A DNA stretch of 64,000 nucleotides, taken from Podarcis bocagei. Its lineage: Eukaryota. The stretch lies in assembly GCA_964188305.1 (NCBI GenBank), contig OZ076900.1, one strand, 5' to 3'. Below are positions 24,260 through 37,175 of this stretch, one piece after another. The notes beneath the pieces were generated by a model. That model saw only the letters and a program-made list of their open reading frames with translations, was not told the DNA's origin and made no database searches. How positions within the stretch are numbered: the first letter of the stretch is position 1; every line of letters begins with the position of its first letter. The translations under genes were made by a program, and so were the position numbers.

Positions 24260-24616
24260 GGGATGCGGGTGGCGCTGTGGGTTAAACCACAGAGCCTAGG
24301 GCTTGCCAATCAGAAGGTTGGCGGTTTGAATCCCCGCGACGGGGTGAGCTCCCGTTGCTCGGTCCCTCCTCATGCCAACCTAGCAGTTCGAAAGCACGTC
24401 AAAGTGCAAGTAGATAAATAGGTACCTCTCTGGCAGGAAGGTAAACGGCATTTCCGTGCACTGCTCGGGTTCACCAGAAGCGGCTTAGTCATGCTGGCCT
24501 CATGACCCGGAAGCTGTACGCCGGCTCCCTCGGCCAGTAAAGTGAGATGAGCGCCGCAACCCCAGAGTCAGCCACGACTGGACCTAATGGTCAGGGGTCC
24601 CTTTACCTTTACCTTT
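24260..24616 (+). mobile_element. Sauria (Squam1) SINE, full length
   Basis: tRNA-like head GGGATGCGGGTGGCGCTGTGGGTTAAACC, Bov-B-like 3' part, (ACCTTT)n tail. Confidence 0.92.
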
Positions 24617-25444
24617 AACCAGTTCTGCCTCGCTGGGTACAGAGCCTGGGCGTGGGTGGGTACTACAACTATGATGTAGTGAATTGAGCAGAATGCAAGA
24701 GGCAATGGAACATCAAATTTTGGACTTGCAGAGGGTGCCGCTGAGATTTGAAAGACCGAAGTCCACCCCTGCCAGACAGTCCAGCAGGTGGATCACTGTC
24801 TCTTACTGGGAACCTTTGAAGGCAGCCCTGTATCAGGATGCTGTTAATGTTTGATGTTTTACTATGTTTTATATATGCTGTAATCTGCCCAAAGTGGCTG
24901 GGGAAACCCAGCCAAATGGGCGGGGTATAAATAATAAAATTATTAATCATAATAATAAGGGATGGGATGGAGTAAGGCAGTCAGGAGGGTTTCAGGGTGC
25001 AGAAGTATCAACAGGAGTACTGGATGGGCTCAGCCATCATGTTTGCACCTCACCCCTCGCCCTCTCAGAAATGAGCAGCAACTCACCTGTCAGATGGTCA
25101 GGTAAGTGCCTCTGCCCCATCATATCATCCACTAGTGGAGACAAGCCTTCTTCCTTTCCCTTCCACTCAATTTCTGGTCTCCAGTTTTGAGAGGTTTTAT
25201 CTAATGAATGCATTTGTAAAACAATACTGGAACCCCCACCCCCCTCCACCATGTCAAGGCTCTAAAATTACTGATTTGACAGTAGTGACAAATATTCGCT
25301 GCACCATGGGATAAGTCGTGATCAATCCACTTGGATTCAGGCTATATAAAAAAGATTTTTAAGCTGACTGAGCACACATCCCTTATACTAAATAAAGGAA
25401 AGGTTTCATTCAACCTGTAACATTTAAAATATGAACAGATCTAC

Positions 25445-25536
25445 TTAGGATATGGTGGGATTTTGAAGTCAGGGAAAGATAAAATCCCAGTGATGTCCTC
25501 TTCCTCGATAATATCCACTTCTACTCCATCAGGATC
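25445..25536 (-). CDS. C5: Complement C5 exon 5
   Basis: [31 protein letters not shown]; 92 nt. Confidence 0.95.
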
Positions 25537-26403
25537 CTTTACAGAAAATAAAAACAGCTTTTACAGCTATGGCACAATGTTAATTATCCAAATGAATAAG
25601 ATAGCATATATGTCTTCGGATAATCAAGTATAGAAATCCACAAAGGTTGTATGCTCTTTTGAATCTTTTTACCAATTTTTTAAATGAATTATCTCAAACT
25701 TAGGATATTTTTGAACTGGACAAGGCTATTACATCCACACCATATGTTTAAACTACCTCTAATGAACTTTAAATCACATTGCTTCCCACAAAAGGAATCT
25801 GGGAACTGTAACATACCTATTACAAGAACTGCAACTCCCAGCACCCTTAACAAACTACAGTTCCCAAGATTCTTTGGGGTGAGCCATGTGCTTTCAATGC
25901 AAGGTGTGACTGTAATGAAGCAACGAAAGAACACAATTATATTCCATGAAGAGCTTGAGCATTCCCCTAGCTGCTCCGTGAAAACTGCTAATTCAAGTTC
26001 TTGGCGGAAATGGCCATTCCAGGCCACAAAAGGACACCTGGTGTTCCTAACTATTCCTGGTGCTCCTTGACTGCTTTGAACGGCAAAGTGTGGCAGTGCC
26101 TGTACTTTGGAACTCCCTGCCTATTGAAATCAAGCAGGCACCTTCCCCATACACTTGTTGGTGCCTGCTAAAATCACTCCCATACTCCACATGGCATAAT
26201 TATGAAGCTGAGCCCGCCTCAATCCGAAACAGAAGAATTTTTCACATGCGCACAGAATAATGTGAGGAAATAATTTTTCACATGCACTATGGCATAACTG
26301 CATGATATTCTGCTTGTTTTCTAATTGCTTGTAACCATCGTACACCTACATATATGCTTTAGAGTTCAATATGAGTCAATAAACCCCTTTGACTAGTCAA
26401 GTA

Positions 26404-26665
26404 CCGTATTTTTTGCTCTATAAGACTCACTTTTTCCCTCCTAAAAAGTAAGGGGAAATGTGTGTGCGTCTTATGGAGTGAATGCAGGCTGCACAGCTAT
26501 TCCAGAAGCCAGAACAGCAAGAGGGATTGCTGCTTTCACTGCGTAGCGATCCCTCTTGCTGTTCTGGCTTCTGAGATTCAGAATATTATTTTTTTTCTTG
26601 TTTTCCTCTTCCAAGAACTAGGTGCGTCTTGTGGTCTGGTGCGTCTTATAGAGCGAAAAATATGG
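26404..26665. mobile_element. Tc2/pogo-like MITE, longer variant
   Basis: Same ends as 3794-3962; different core with an internal hairpin. Confidence 0.8.
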
Positions 26666-26897
26666 TAATTGGTTCCATAATACAATATTAATAAAAGCTT
26701 ACAAATACTTCAAGAGGACTGGTTTCACCATCTTCTTCTTCTTTTTCATTTTTTTCTCATCTGTCCCTTTTAAAAATAAGCTGCCTAGCTCCTTAATAAA
26801 TCTCATATGCACAAGTGCACAAAAGCTAATTTCACACTGCAAAAATTAATATTTTTTGACACAGCATAAAATGTGTCTAGCTGCATGTTAGACTCAC

Positions 26898-26968
26898 CAC
26901 AAATGTTAAGGTGGCAGATCGTCGTGCTGGCTTCAGCTCTTCATTCAAAGAATAGACCCTGACCTTCA
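26898..26968 (-). CDS. C5: Complement C5 exon 4
   Basis: VKVRVYSLNEELKPARRSATLTFV; 71 nt; donor gtgagt. Confidence 0.95.
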
Positions 26969-27825
26969 CTGTAATGTAAAAAATTTTATTTAACTTACTT
27001 TATTTATAAGGAAATCTTTCCCTCACTTTCAGTCCCATTAGGGCCTCCCAAGGCAGCTACCGACAAAATCATAAGCACAAGAAAACCATTTGCTTTGCAT
27101 TTCTGTGTGTGGGTTCTATTTTTTATTTATATCTTGCCTTTCTCCCAAGATGAGATTCAAGGCTACTTCCAAAATTTAAAAACATCAATTAAAAAAAGAA
27201 AGAAAGTTAAAAGCAATAGTTAAAATACATCAAAACACATTTAGAACCAACAATTATCTCAATAGGAAGGTTTTAGCCTGCTGGTGGAAGGCTATTAAGG
27301 AGAAAATGGCCACAATATGGGACTGTTAGCAGACCTTGTAGCTTGGATGAATTATATTGGAATAATCACTTGCAGTTTCTGGAGTTCAAAGGATATATTC
27401 ATGCTGTAACGACTTATAGGATGAGAGGAGATGCAAGAGAGAAAGTAGCTGACATCTTGTCTCAATAAGTTGAAAGAAACAACAAAATAGCTAAGCTTGT
27501 AGGAGTGGAGTTAACTTTGACAGAGATCATTGGCTAGATCACTGGACAATCAGTGTCTTGTGTGGTTTAAAGTAACACATGCAGTAACTACAAACTCAAG
27601 AGAAGGAAATTTATTTGCTTTTCTGCAACAGAGACCTACTACTACCACACTATTATTGTGTCAATGACACATAGCAGAACACACACAAGAAGTTTGGAAG
27701 ACCACAAGCTGAATTATTAATTGATTCAGTGTTATAGGTTAAAAATGTTTGGGACTTTTAAATAAAAAAAGATCAGGATAATGTGAATTGCCACCAAGTG
27801 TTTAGCAAAAGGAAACTGACTTTAC

Positions 27826-27994
27826 CTGACTGATCCGGGGTGTAAACAGGTTTATCAGTCTGAATAAAGAGAAAGCCATTCTCATATGTAATAGGCATTT
27901 TCTTCTCTCTTGTAAAGTGTGGAGAAATGGCTTCCAAATACACATGCCCAATTGAATTCTTTGGGTCTCTGCTTGACAAATCTTTTGGCTGAAT
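27826..27994 (-). CDS. C5: Complement C5 exon 3
   Basis: [12 protein letters not shown]...[18 protein letters not shown], conserved C3/C4/C5 TDKPxYTP motif; 169 nt. Confidence 0.95.
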
Positions 27995-28900
27995 CTAGAA
28001 ATGTGATAGAGAATAGTTTTAAAAACATGCATGCCAGAGTAACCCATTGGAGGAAAACAGTGACAGATAGCATTTTGTGGTTGCAAGGGTATTGCCCTGC
28101 ATATGCTAAGTCACGATTTATTTATTTAAACATTTTAAAATGTTTTTGGGCAAAGCCTTCACACGAACATAAAGAAACTATATTAAATACACATATAAGC
28201 ACATGTAATCAAAAATACAAACAAAAAATAATTAAAAGAGTATAAGAAAGCTAGAATGGACTTATGATTAGGTTGATGTACTAGGTATTAAATAGTGGGT
28301 AGACATAGCAGACGACACAGCGATTTCTCCAAAGCAGCTCTTTATTAGTAAGCTGGAACAGAACTGAACAGCAAACAGCTCAGCCGGCCTGCTTTTATAG
28401 GCAGCCTGATGTCAACATTGTAGCAACAACAACCCAGGGTTTCCTGCCTAAAATAACTGACGTGGACCTGAGTGAAAACTATATACACGATACTCCTGGT
28501 GGCCAGGGTGAGAACTTCAATACATAACACCAGGACCTAGGAGACCAAGGTTCAAATTCTCACTCAGCTATGAATCTATGGGATGGGCCACCCCTGCAAT
28601 GGTGGGCATGACCAGAGGCAAAAGTGGATGGAACAATGGATGTATTTTTGTACAGTAGGTGACTTTCTATACACAAATAACCCTTCTTTGTCCTCCAACC
28701 AGGCAAGCAAGAGGCATTATTAGAATTCAAAGACACATTCAAGCCAGACAAAAATGCTTTAAAGTACAAAGCAGGGCCAGTGGTGGGTAAGGTCTGTGGG
28801 GAGTTCTGAAGGCCACATAGAGAGGCCTGGAGGGCCTGAAGTTCCCCACCATTGTTATAAACCAAGCACATACATGTATCAGAAATGCTGTACTACGTAC

Positions 28901-29093
28901 CGTTAACGTTACAGCTCCTTGAAACTTATTGGCAGGTGTCAACTGAACACGACCAGAGGCAAAAGTAGTTTGCTTATCTGGGAAGCTTTTCACAGATATT
29001 GTGACTGGAAACTCTTGTTCATATCCAAAGGCTTGAATCACCACCATCTCAGAGGCCCCAACGCGGAACATTTTGGGTGAAGAAACAACGTAA
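28901..29093 (-). CDS. C5: Complement C5 exon 2 (MG1)
   Basis: YVVSSPKMFRVGASEMVVIQAFGY...FQGAVTLT; 193 nt; AG/GT boundaries; phase matches exon 1. Confidence 0.96.
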
Positions 29094-31261
29094 CTGTAAG
29101 AGAAAGGGGCATCAAAAAAATTTTTAATGGATTCCAAGGAAAGCTGATAAAGTACTGTCTGAAAAATGGGGGTGGGGTAGGTTTATTAAGCACTTAAATG
29201 ACAGTCAACAGCAGGGGGCCCATGTACTCCGTTTATATAAGGATAAACTGTGCTCAGTTTCCATATTTAAAACAAACTGACCATACCCTATAAGAAGACA
29301 TTTTTTCTCACAACCTCCTCTTCCTGTTCTTCTCTAGGCAGGTAATACTTCACCACATCCTTGTGAATACCCCTCAAGTACTTTTTTCTTCTTCTGCATC
29401 TATTAGTTACTGAATTGGGGTAGGTAAGAACTTCTGGCTCCCCTAGAGAAACCCGAACTGACTGTGGTGACTTTAGAGCAAGCAGGGCACAGGCCTTCCA
29501 TCCCAAATGCTGCCAGCCACCACTGCTAATAGAGGCGCAGTTATACAGGCAAGTTAAAAAGGTGGCAATCCTAGTTATACGTATTCACTTCTGCACTGAG
29601 TTTATTCACATCTCACTTTATAGCAGCTGAGAAAATACTCTCAAAATAAAACCACGCTCACAACTGCTACAGGAAATCTGCTCCACAACTGAGCTATTTA
29701 AGGTGGCTTAGGTTGTGCCTTCCCAACCGCTATTCTGATCCTAAACAACAAAGGGCATTAGGCTGGATCCATAGCAAGGAGATCATTGTAAAGGTTCTTC
29801 AGGGATGGCACGCCAACCCTAAGCTGTAGCTCAGAAGAGAGGGCAGACTGCCACTTAGGGCTCATCCAGACTGCCTTTTGTGCTGGACTTTAAAGCTCTG
29901 TATCCAAGCTTCCCCGCTTTCCCCAGGCGAAACTGTGTTTTACTGCTGAATGGTGAAATGTGAGTTTTCCTGGGGAAAGTTGCAGGACAAAAGAAAAACC
30001 ACTGAGACACAGACCTGTGCCTGGGAAATGTGGTGCTAAAGGAAGTCATCAGTGGTGCTGAGTTGCCCCCTAGAGTTGCCATGCCTGCACAACATGATAG
30101 TGAACCACCTCTCTTTATCTTTAATGTTTCTTATCTCTCTGTTCTCTCCCCCTTCCTTCCTTCCTTTCTTTTTTCCTTTTGTTTTCTTTTCCCCTTTCTC
30201 TCTCTCCTCTCATGTCTTTTCAATTCTATCTGTTCTAGATATTATTTTATTGTATTGTGAAAACTTTAATAAAAATAATTATGAAAAAAGAAAGGAAAGC
30301 ACATTTTTAAACTTACCAAACATGTAGTCTTTTTTTTCTATGCTAGGGGAATAGGGAACCTTTGGAAATCAATTTGAAGTGCATATTTTAAAGGTCTTAC
30401 AGCCTATATTTCCATACTTTACTTTGCTGCATATTTTGTGATTTCGGATCTCTGCTGGGGTTCTCTCGCCAAAATGTACATGCACCAAACTTGAATATCC
30501 ACAACCAGAAAGAAATATTGAAAATAAGGTGCCTCATATCCTTAAGTGCTGCAGGCTTTGCGGGGCTGAATTCCTGCCCAAAATCACATGGCCATTGTTT
30601 CCATGAGGGTTGTCAGATAAGTCAGCATATTGCAATCAGCATATCGTCTTCCTGATCTTACCCTGGCTGGCTGGCTGCCACTGTGTATCTGACCTTATCC
30701 TCTTTATTATTCTTTCTTACCTGGCTTTTGGCATGAAAGGAGCCCTCAAGGTGAATTACACAAATCACGTAAACAACACCGTCAGCCCGTAATCATTTAA
30801 ATAAATAAGACAAACAGAACCAGTCTGACAGCAATATTAAAATGTCACAGGGGGATCAAAAGAGTATCTGAAAACACAGCTGAAAATACAAGTGACATAG
30901 AGTCCTATGCAGGTTTCCCCTGCCTGAGGTTGGTTAAAAGGAAGAGGAACATAACTGTGAAGGCTGACTGAAGCAACTCCCCCCCCCCCCCAAAGAAAGG
31001 AGAACATATTGTGCAGATGGGTTCTTAACTATTTTCCCTCCAGCTACTGTTTTTCCCAGCCCCAGATGTGGTAGAGATGGGGAACTTCAGGCCTTAGGGA
31101 TGGATGTGGCCCCTCCAGACCACTCTATCTGGCCCTTGCGACACTATCCAGGTCACGCCTTCTCCCTAGGCCATCACTGGCATTGCTCCATGCATTTAAT
31201 TGACTTCAGCTGCAACAATGCCTTTGTGGTTCAGTATGCACCATACCTTTAAAAGCACATA

Positions 31262-31619
31262 AAAAGGTAAAGGTGCCCCTGCCCGTACGGGCCAGTCTTG
31301 CCAGACTCTAGGGTTGTGTGCTCATCTCACTCTATAGGCCAGGAGCCAGCGCTGTCTGCAGACACTTCCGGGTTACGTGGCCAGCGTGACGAAGCTGCAT
31401 CGGGTGAGCCAGCGCAGCACACGGAACACCATTTACCTTCCCGCTGGTAAGCGGTCCCTATTTATCTACTTGCGCCCGGAGGTGCTTTCGAACTGCTAGG
31501 TTGGCAGGCGCTGGGACCGAACGACAGGAGCGCAGCCCGCCGCGGGGATTCGAACCGCCGACCATGCGATCGACAAGTCCTAGGCGCTGAGGTTTTACCC
31601 ACAGCGCTACCCGCGTCCC
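31262..31619 (-). mobile_element. Sauria SINE, divergent subfamily, 13-bp TSD
   Basis: TSD TTAAAAGCACATA at 31249-31261 and 31622-31634. Confidence 0.88.
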
Positions 31620-32146
31620 ACTTAAAAGCACATACACCCCCCCAAAAAAAGAATCCTGTGAACCGTTGTTTGTTATGGGTGCAGGAAACTGTAGCTTTGG
31701 AGGGGGTAAAGTACACTTCCCATGGGGTTTTTTGGGGGGGCGGTGCTTTAAAGATATGGCGTTGGCACAGCCTAGTTTGCTTGCCTGCGTGAAGATCTGA
31801 GTTTCATCTTGCTGGAATGTAGCCTGGAATGTAGGGAGGGATTGAATCACCCCTGGAGAATCAGGGTTGTGGTCTGAGGCTGCTCTTGGATTCCAGCTGC
31901 CACTCAATTCTCAAATTGCTTCTGCAGTTAAGAGTGCTTATGCCCAGGGTCAGTTGTTCATACTCCTGTGAACTCCCACTTGGACTATGTGGGGCTGCCC
32001 TTAAAGATGGTCCAGAGACGGCAGCTACTGCAGAATGCAGATGCTAGATTGATAAGTGGAGCAGCCTTATGGGACCACGTGACACTGTCCTGAATGCACT
32101 GCACTGGCTGCGCATGAGCTACCAGGCACAATGCAATGTGTTAGTT

Positions 32147-32410
32147 AAAGGTAAAGGTACCCCTGACCATTACATCCAGTCGTGGACGACTCTGGGGTTG
32201 TGCGCTCATCTTACTCTATAGGCTGAGGGAGCTGGCATTTGTCCACAGACAGCTTCCGGGTCATGTGGCCAGCATGACTAAGCCGCTTCTGAGCAGTGCG
32301 CGGAAATGCCGTTTACCTTCCCACCAGAGTGGTACCTATTTATCTACTTGCACTTTGACGTGCTTTCGAACTGCTAGGTGGGCAGGAGCAGGGACCAAGC
32401 AATGGGAGCT
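32147..32410 (-). mobile_element. Sauria SINE (5' truncated) within an L2-like fragment
   Basis: AAAGGTAAAGGT tail and SINE body; decayed LINE sequence on both sides. Confidence 0.85.
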
Positions 32411-33425
32411 CTAAAACCCTAATTGGCTTGGGACCCAAATACTTAAAAGGGTGACTTCCCCTCTACCAACTATCTCAAATCCTACAATTCGCAGGTGTGG
32501 CCTTATTGGTTGGCCCTGATCCCTGACAGGCCTTTTCTGGTTGGCTCTGATCCCTGACAGGCCTTTTCTGTGGTGCCCCCCCCCCATTTGTAGACTGCTC
32601 TCCCTGATGAGGTGCATCTGTCTCCATCATTAATAACTTTCAGGAGGAGTTTGAAAACATTGCTGTTCACCCAGGGAATTGCAAACCAAATAATCCTGAT
32701 CCTGGCAACCCTGGAAACACTATTTCGGAGAATGTTTGTTACTGTAAACTGCTTTTAGATGTTTTAAATTATAATTGTTTTTAAAATGTTTTAACTGTTT
32801 TAAAATATTTCTGTCTTTGTTTTAAGTTGTGTATGTGTTTGCCAGCCTGGCATCTTTTGGGAGGAAGGGTAGAATACAAATTAATTAATAATTAAATGAA
32901 ACAAACAAACAATAGTATAAACATAAGCATTGCATATATTACTCCATCCACTTTTCTGCCTCTGACACTCAGAAGGTTGCTCATGAGGATATGTGGCCCT
33001 GTGTAGGGAAAAGGATTCTCCACCTCTGGGAAAAAAACAAGACCCTATAGTTGTTCCCCTGCTGGGAGGGGAAGCATCTTGAGAGGGAGAGGGAGGTCTG
33101 ATGAGAAAGCAGCTGAAGAGAAAACAAGCAAGCAGTAAACTACCCAGGATTCAGAACTGCATATAATTTGAGCGTCACATCTCCAAATGCCTTTTTGTAC
33201 CATGACAGGCTAGTTGGTGGGCATATTTGGGCAAGGAGCTCAGGAATGAGGGTGCTACCACTCAAAAGGTGCTGCTTACCTGAGGCAGGGTCTCAGGTGA
33301 TGCCAGCAGCAGCGGAGACTAGTCCATAAGGACAAATGGGGTACTGCCGCACTACCTTCAGCCTGTTCTCAGCCAGCCCCCATCTGCCTGTCTTGTTGCT
33401 TTCAACCATTGGCTCTGACCACCTA

Positions 33426-33779
33426 AAGGTAAAGGTAAAGGGACCCCTGACCATTAGGTCCAGTCGTGACCGACTCTGGGGTTGCAGTGCTCATCTCGCT
33501 TTATTGGCCGAGAGAGCCAGAGTACAGCTTCTGGGTCATGTGGCCAGCATGACTAAGCTGCTTCTGGCGAACCAGAGCAGTGCACGGAAATGCCGTTTAC
33601 CTTCCCGCTAGAGTGGTACCTATTTATCTACTTGCACTTTGATGTGCTTTCGAACTGCTAGGTGGGCAGGAGCAGGGACCGAGCAACTGGAGCTCACCCC
33701 GTCGTGGAGATTCGAACCGCCGACTTTCTGATCAGCAAGTCCTAGGCCCTGTGGTTTAACCCACAGCGCCACCCGCGTC
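33426..33779 (-). mobile_element. Sauria SINE in C5 intron 1
   Basis: Full length; direct repeat TCTGACCACCTA on both sides. Confidence 0.92.
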
Positions 33780-34027
33780 TGACCACCTACTGTTGGCCTT
33801 ATACTATCAGTACAAAGCTATGGAAGAAGAGGCTTTTTGAAGTGCAAAGGGTCCATATTACGGCTTCCAAAATCAAAAGCACCACTTTTGCATCAGCAAT
33901 GGTAAATGGAATCCAGCAATACTCTTGGAGAATTCTTTGCAATCTTGTCATAGTTAGCAACCCGACAGCCCCATTCTGCATCTGCCCCATTTTAACACAA
34001 CAACAGACACAAGCAACCCTTACTTAC

Positions 34028-34092
34028 GTTTGCTCCTGAGTCAAACCTCTTCCACAAAAGGCCAGAAATAAGAAAATACCAAGAAGATTCAT
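34028..34092 (-). CDS. C5: Complement C5 coding exon 1 (signal peptide)
   Basis: ATG at 34092-34090; translates MNLLGIFLFLAFCGRGLTQEQT (human [22 protein letters not shown]); 65 nt; donor AC|gtaagt. Confidence 0.95.
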
Positions 34093-34275
34093 GTTTGCCC
34101 TGAGCAGCTGAGACTGATGGGGAGACAAGCCTTTTGGTGTTCTGGTTGCCTGCAAGTCTGTAAATGGAATTTGCTATCAAAATTTCTCTAAGTTAATCAT
34201 TCATCAGATCTCTGGTATCTGAAGAGGATTTTCATTTCATCACAGAAAAATTCCCCTTCCCTATTCCAGAAAAAA
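34093..34275 (-). promoter_or_regulatory. C5: C5 5'UTR and proximal promoter with HNF1-like site
   Basis: Immediately upstream of the C5 ATG; GTTAATCATTCAT at 34192-34204 (11/13 to HNF1 consensus GTTAATNATTAAC); no obvious TATA box. Confidence 0.55.
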
Positions 34276-34512
34276 ATTAAGTTGGCTGGGTCAAACTGGA
34301 GCACCTAATTCGGAGATTTCATTTCTGTATGTCTTTAATCTTGTGCATACAGAGGAAGATATTGTCGAGGGAGGCACTCCTTCCTCCCCAGAGAATACAA
34401 ACCTTTTAGGAAGTAATGCAAGACCTTCCTCTTTTGAAAGGTTTGCAGAGATTGGCTGGAACATGATGCTTCATTTTGGTTTATCTTTTCTATGCCTAGC
34501 TTGATGTTGAGG

Positions 34513-34705
34513 CAACTGCGTTTTTTAAAAGTTAGCAAATATGTCTCAGGATAAACTCACTGTATAAATAAAGATAAATAAAGATTACACAATTATTGAA
34601 CTGTCTAATAGTTGTCAACTGTGTTTTTTAAAAGTTAGAAAATATGTCTCAGGATAAACTCACTGTATAAATAAAGATTACACAATTATTGAACTGTCTA
34701 ATAGT
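34513..34705. repeat. ~100-bp tandem duplication upstream of C5
   Basis: Units 34513-34612 and 34616-34705 are nearly identical. Confidence 0.9.
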
Positions 34706-35300
34706 ACCACACTAAACATATGTTTTTAAAAACACTAAACATGTTTTTTTAAACAACAACACGGTTGCTTAACATCTTTTATTCATTGTTATTTCATGTA
34801 TATGCCTTTTTAGAATTTGCTTGTTTATTTAAAACTAGGAAAGCCACTTTGATAACCTCCTTATTTCATTTCTCAATCCATCAAAAGGAGAAGTGGGGCT
34901 TTAAGCCTGCAGATCAAATGCAGCCCTCCACACTTACCGGTAGCTATCAGGCCCCTGGAACTGTTTCCAGCCACAACCACTTTCATCAGGCCATATCACC
35001 TCACCACACCCTGTTCCAGACCCTTCTTAATTGCTTTTGCCTGGCTGGAATGTGTCTTTGAAGTGTCATTATGCCTCTTACTTGACTGTATGCTGGTGAG
35101 TATGTGTAGAAACTTCTGGCTTCAGCATGGCTGGAAAATACCCTACCATATAAAGATAAGAATCATATCCATTGTTCTGCTCGCTTTTACATCTAGCCTC
35201 ACCCACTTTTGTTTCCGATCTCATTCAGCACTGACATGTACGTATCCAGAAGGTTGCCTGCAGTGAGAGAATGTGGCCTCTGGGATTAAAAAGATTCCTT

Positions 35301-35640
35301 AAAGGTAAAGGTAAACTGACCATTAGGTCTAGTTGCGGACGACTCTGGGGTTGCGGCGCTCATCTCACTTTACTGGGCGAGGGAGCCAGCATACAGCTTC
35401 CAGGTCATGTGGCCAAGCTGCTTCTGGCAAACCAGAGCAGCGCACGGAAATTCCGTTTACCTTCCCGCCAGAGAGGTACCTATTTATCTACTTGCACTTT
35501 GACATGCTTTTGAACTGCTAGGTTGGCAGGAGCAGGGACCGAACAATGGGAGCTCACCCCGTCGCAGGGATTTGGACCGCCAACCTTCTGATCGGCAAGC
35601 CCTAGGCTCTGTGGTTTAACCAACAGTGCCACCCGCGTCC
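35301..35640 (-). mobile_element. Sauria SINE
   Basis: Full length; flanked by AAAAAGATTCCTT at 35288-35300 and 35641-35653. Confidence 0.92.
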
Positions 35641-35653
35641 AAAAAGATTCCTT

Positions 35654-35749
35654 TGTTTAGTCGTTTAGTCGTGTCCGACTCTTCGTGACCCCATGGACCA
35701 GAGCATGCCAGGCACTCCTGTCTTCCACTGCCTCCCGCAGTTTGATCAA
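35654..35749 (-). mobile_element. Bov-B (RTE) LINE extreme 3' end, 5'-truncated
   Basis: Minus strand reads ...GTCCATGGGGTCACGAAGAGTCGGACACGACTAAACGACTAAACA, the characteristic Bov-B 3' terminus; TSD AAAAAGATTCCTT. Confidence 0.85.
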
Positions 35750-37006
35750 AAAAAGATTCCTTACTACTGCCTATATATTGATGCTGGAACCTTACTTCCA
35801 GTAAAACCTAGAGCCATTATTGCCACACTGTGTGCAGTATCTAGGGCACACTAACATGCCAGGCTGTGTACACACCATACAGTTGGAGCATATGATTCCC
35901 CCTAAAGAATCCTGGGAACTGTAGTTTGTTAAGGATGCTGGGAATGGTAACTCCATGAGAGATAAAGTGCAGTTCCCAGGATTCTTTGGGGGAGCCATGT
36001 GCTTTAAATGTATGTTGTCTGAGCATCTAAATAAAGCTTGTGAATAAACTCTGGAGTGAGTTTTTGTTTGAAAGAACCATGGACTGTGATATGAGCTGAA
36101 CAGAGGGACCCTTTCCCTTAATTCTAAGATCGTATGGCCATACCCACCCACCCCAGCAGCAATTTTGCACTTGCCTTCATTTGCTGGATGTTAGACTTTT
36201 AGTGTAAGAACAAAGTTGGTATTGTAAGCTTGCTGTCTTCCGCTTTTTTAAATATAGTATAACTGTGTAGACATGTGCCTCTGTAGATGTCTGTCTTTGA
36301 TTTGTGCACACTAAGTGGAATGTCCTAGGAAAACAGATGTTATGCAAGATTTTGCAAGTTTAAACAAATACTTTAACCAACGTTTACAGGAAAGACTGTT
36401 TGCAAAAGAAATCATTGACCAATGAAATCATACCCATACCCTTCACACTTAGCAGGAGGTCACTCCTCCCTCCCATGTGAAAGTAAGAAAGCTATCCCTT
36501 GTCATGTGCAAAGAGGGGAGTCATCCTAGCTTTCTTGGGGCTCCCTCACAGGTTAGAAAAATATTATGTGGAAGAAAAAAAATCCAAACACATGGGACAC
36601 CATACCCAGGAATGGGAGATCTATTGTAAACAATACTGTATTTGATAATATACTGCTACAAAGTGCAACAAAATGTTGCAGCATGGAACCACAACAAAAA
36701 GTTGTTGTGTGAAATCCTTCAGGCCCATTTTCAGCATACTGCATTCCAGAAACCAGAGGTAGCTTGTGAGGTGAGCGGAGACAGTGGCATCCTCCCACCA
36801 CCAGCACTGCTGCACACAATACGGATCTCCTTCACTGTTGTTGTGATTATCGCCCTGTTGTTCGATATAGTCTAATTGTAGGCTCTGAAAGGCCTTGGGG
36901 GGAAAAATTAACCTCAAACTTCTTTATTTATTAATTTTTATTGAATTTTACAAGAAAAGAAAAAGAAACAAAAAGCAATACATAACATTGTAAACACATT
37001 TATATA

Positions 37007-37175
37007 CCGTATTTTTTGCACCATAACACTCACTTTTTTCCTCCTAAAAAGTAAGGGGAAATGTCTGTGCGTGTTATGGAGGTAATGCCTACGGGTGGCA
37101 TGCCTACGGATTTTCCTCCTCTAAAAACTACATGCGTGTTATGGTCGGGTGCGTATTATAGAGCAAAAAATACGG
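37007..37175. mobile_element. Tc2/pogo-like MITE
   Basis: Same family as 3794-3962. Confidence 0.85.

Noticed and set aside
791-34092. Alternative identity as C3, C4 or a venom-factor-like gene
   Set aside because: Exon sizes, C5-specific motifs ([28 protein letters not shown]) and adjacency to CNTRL identify C5.
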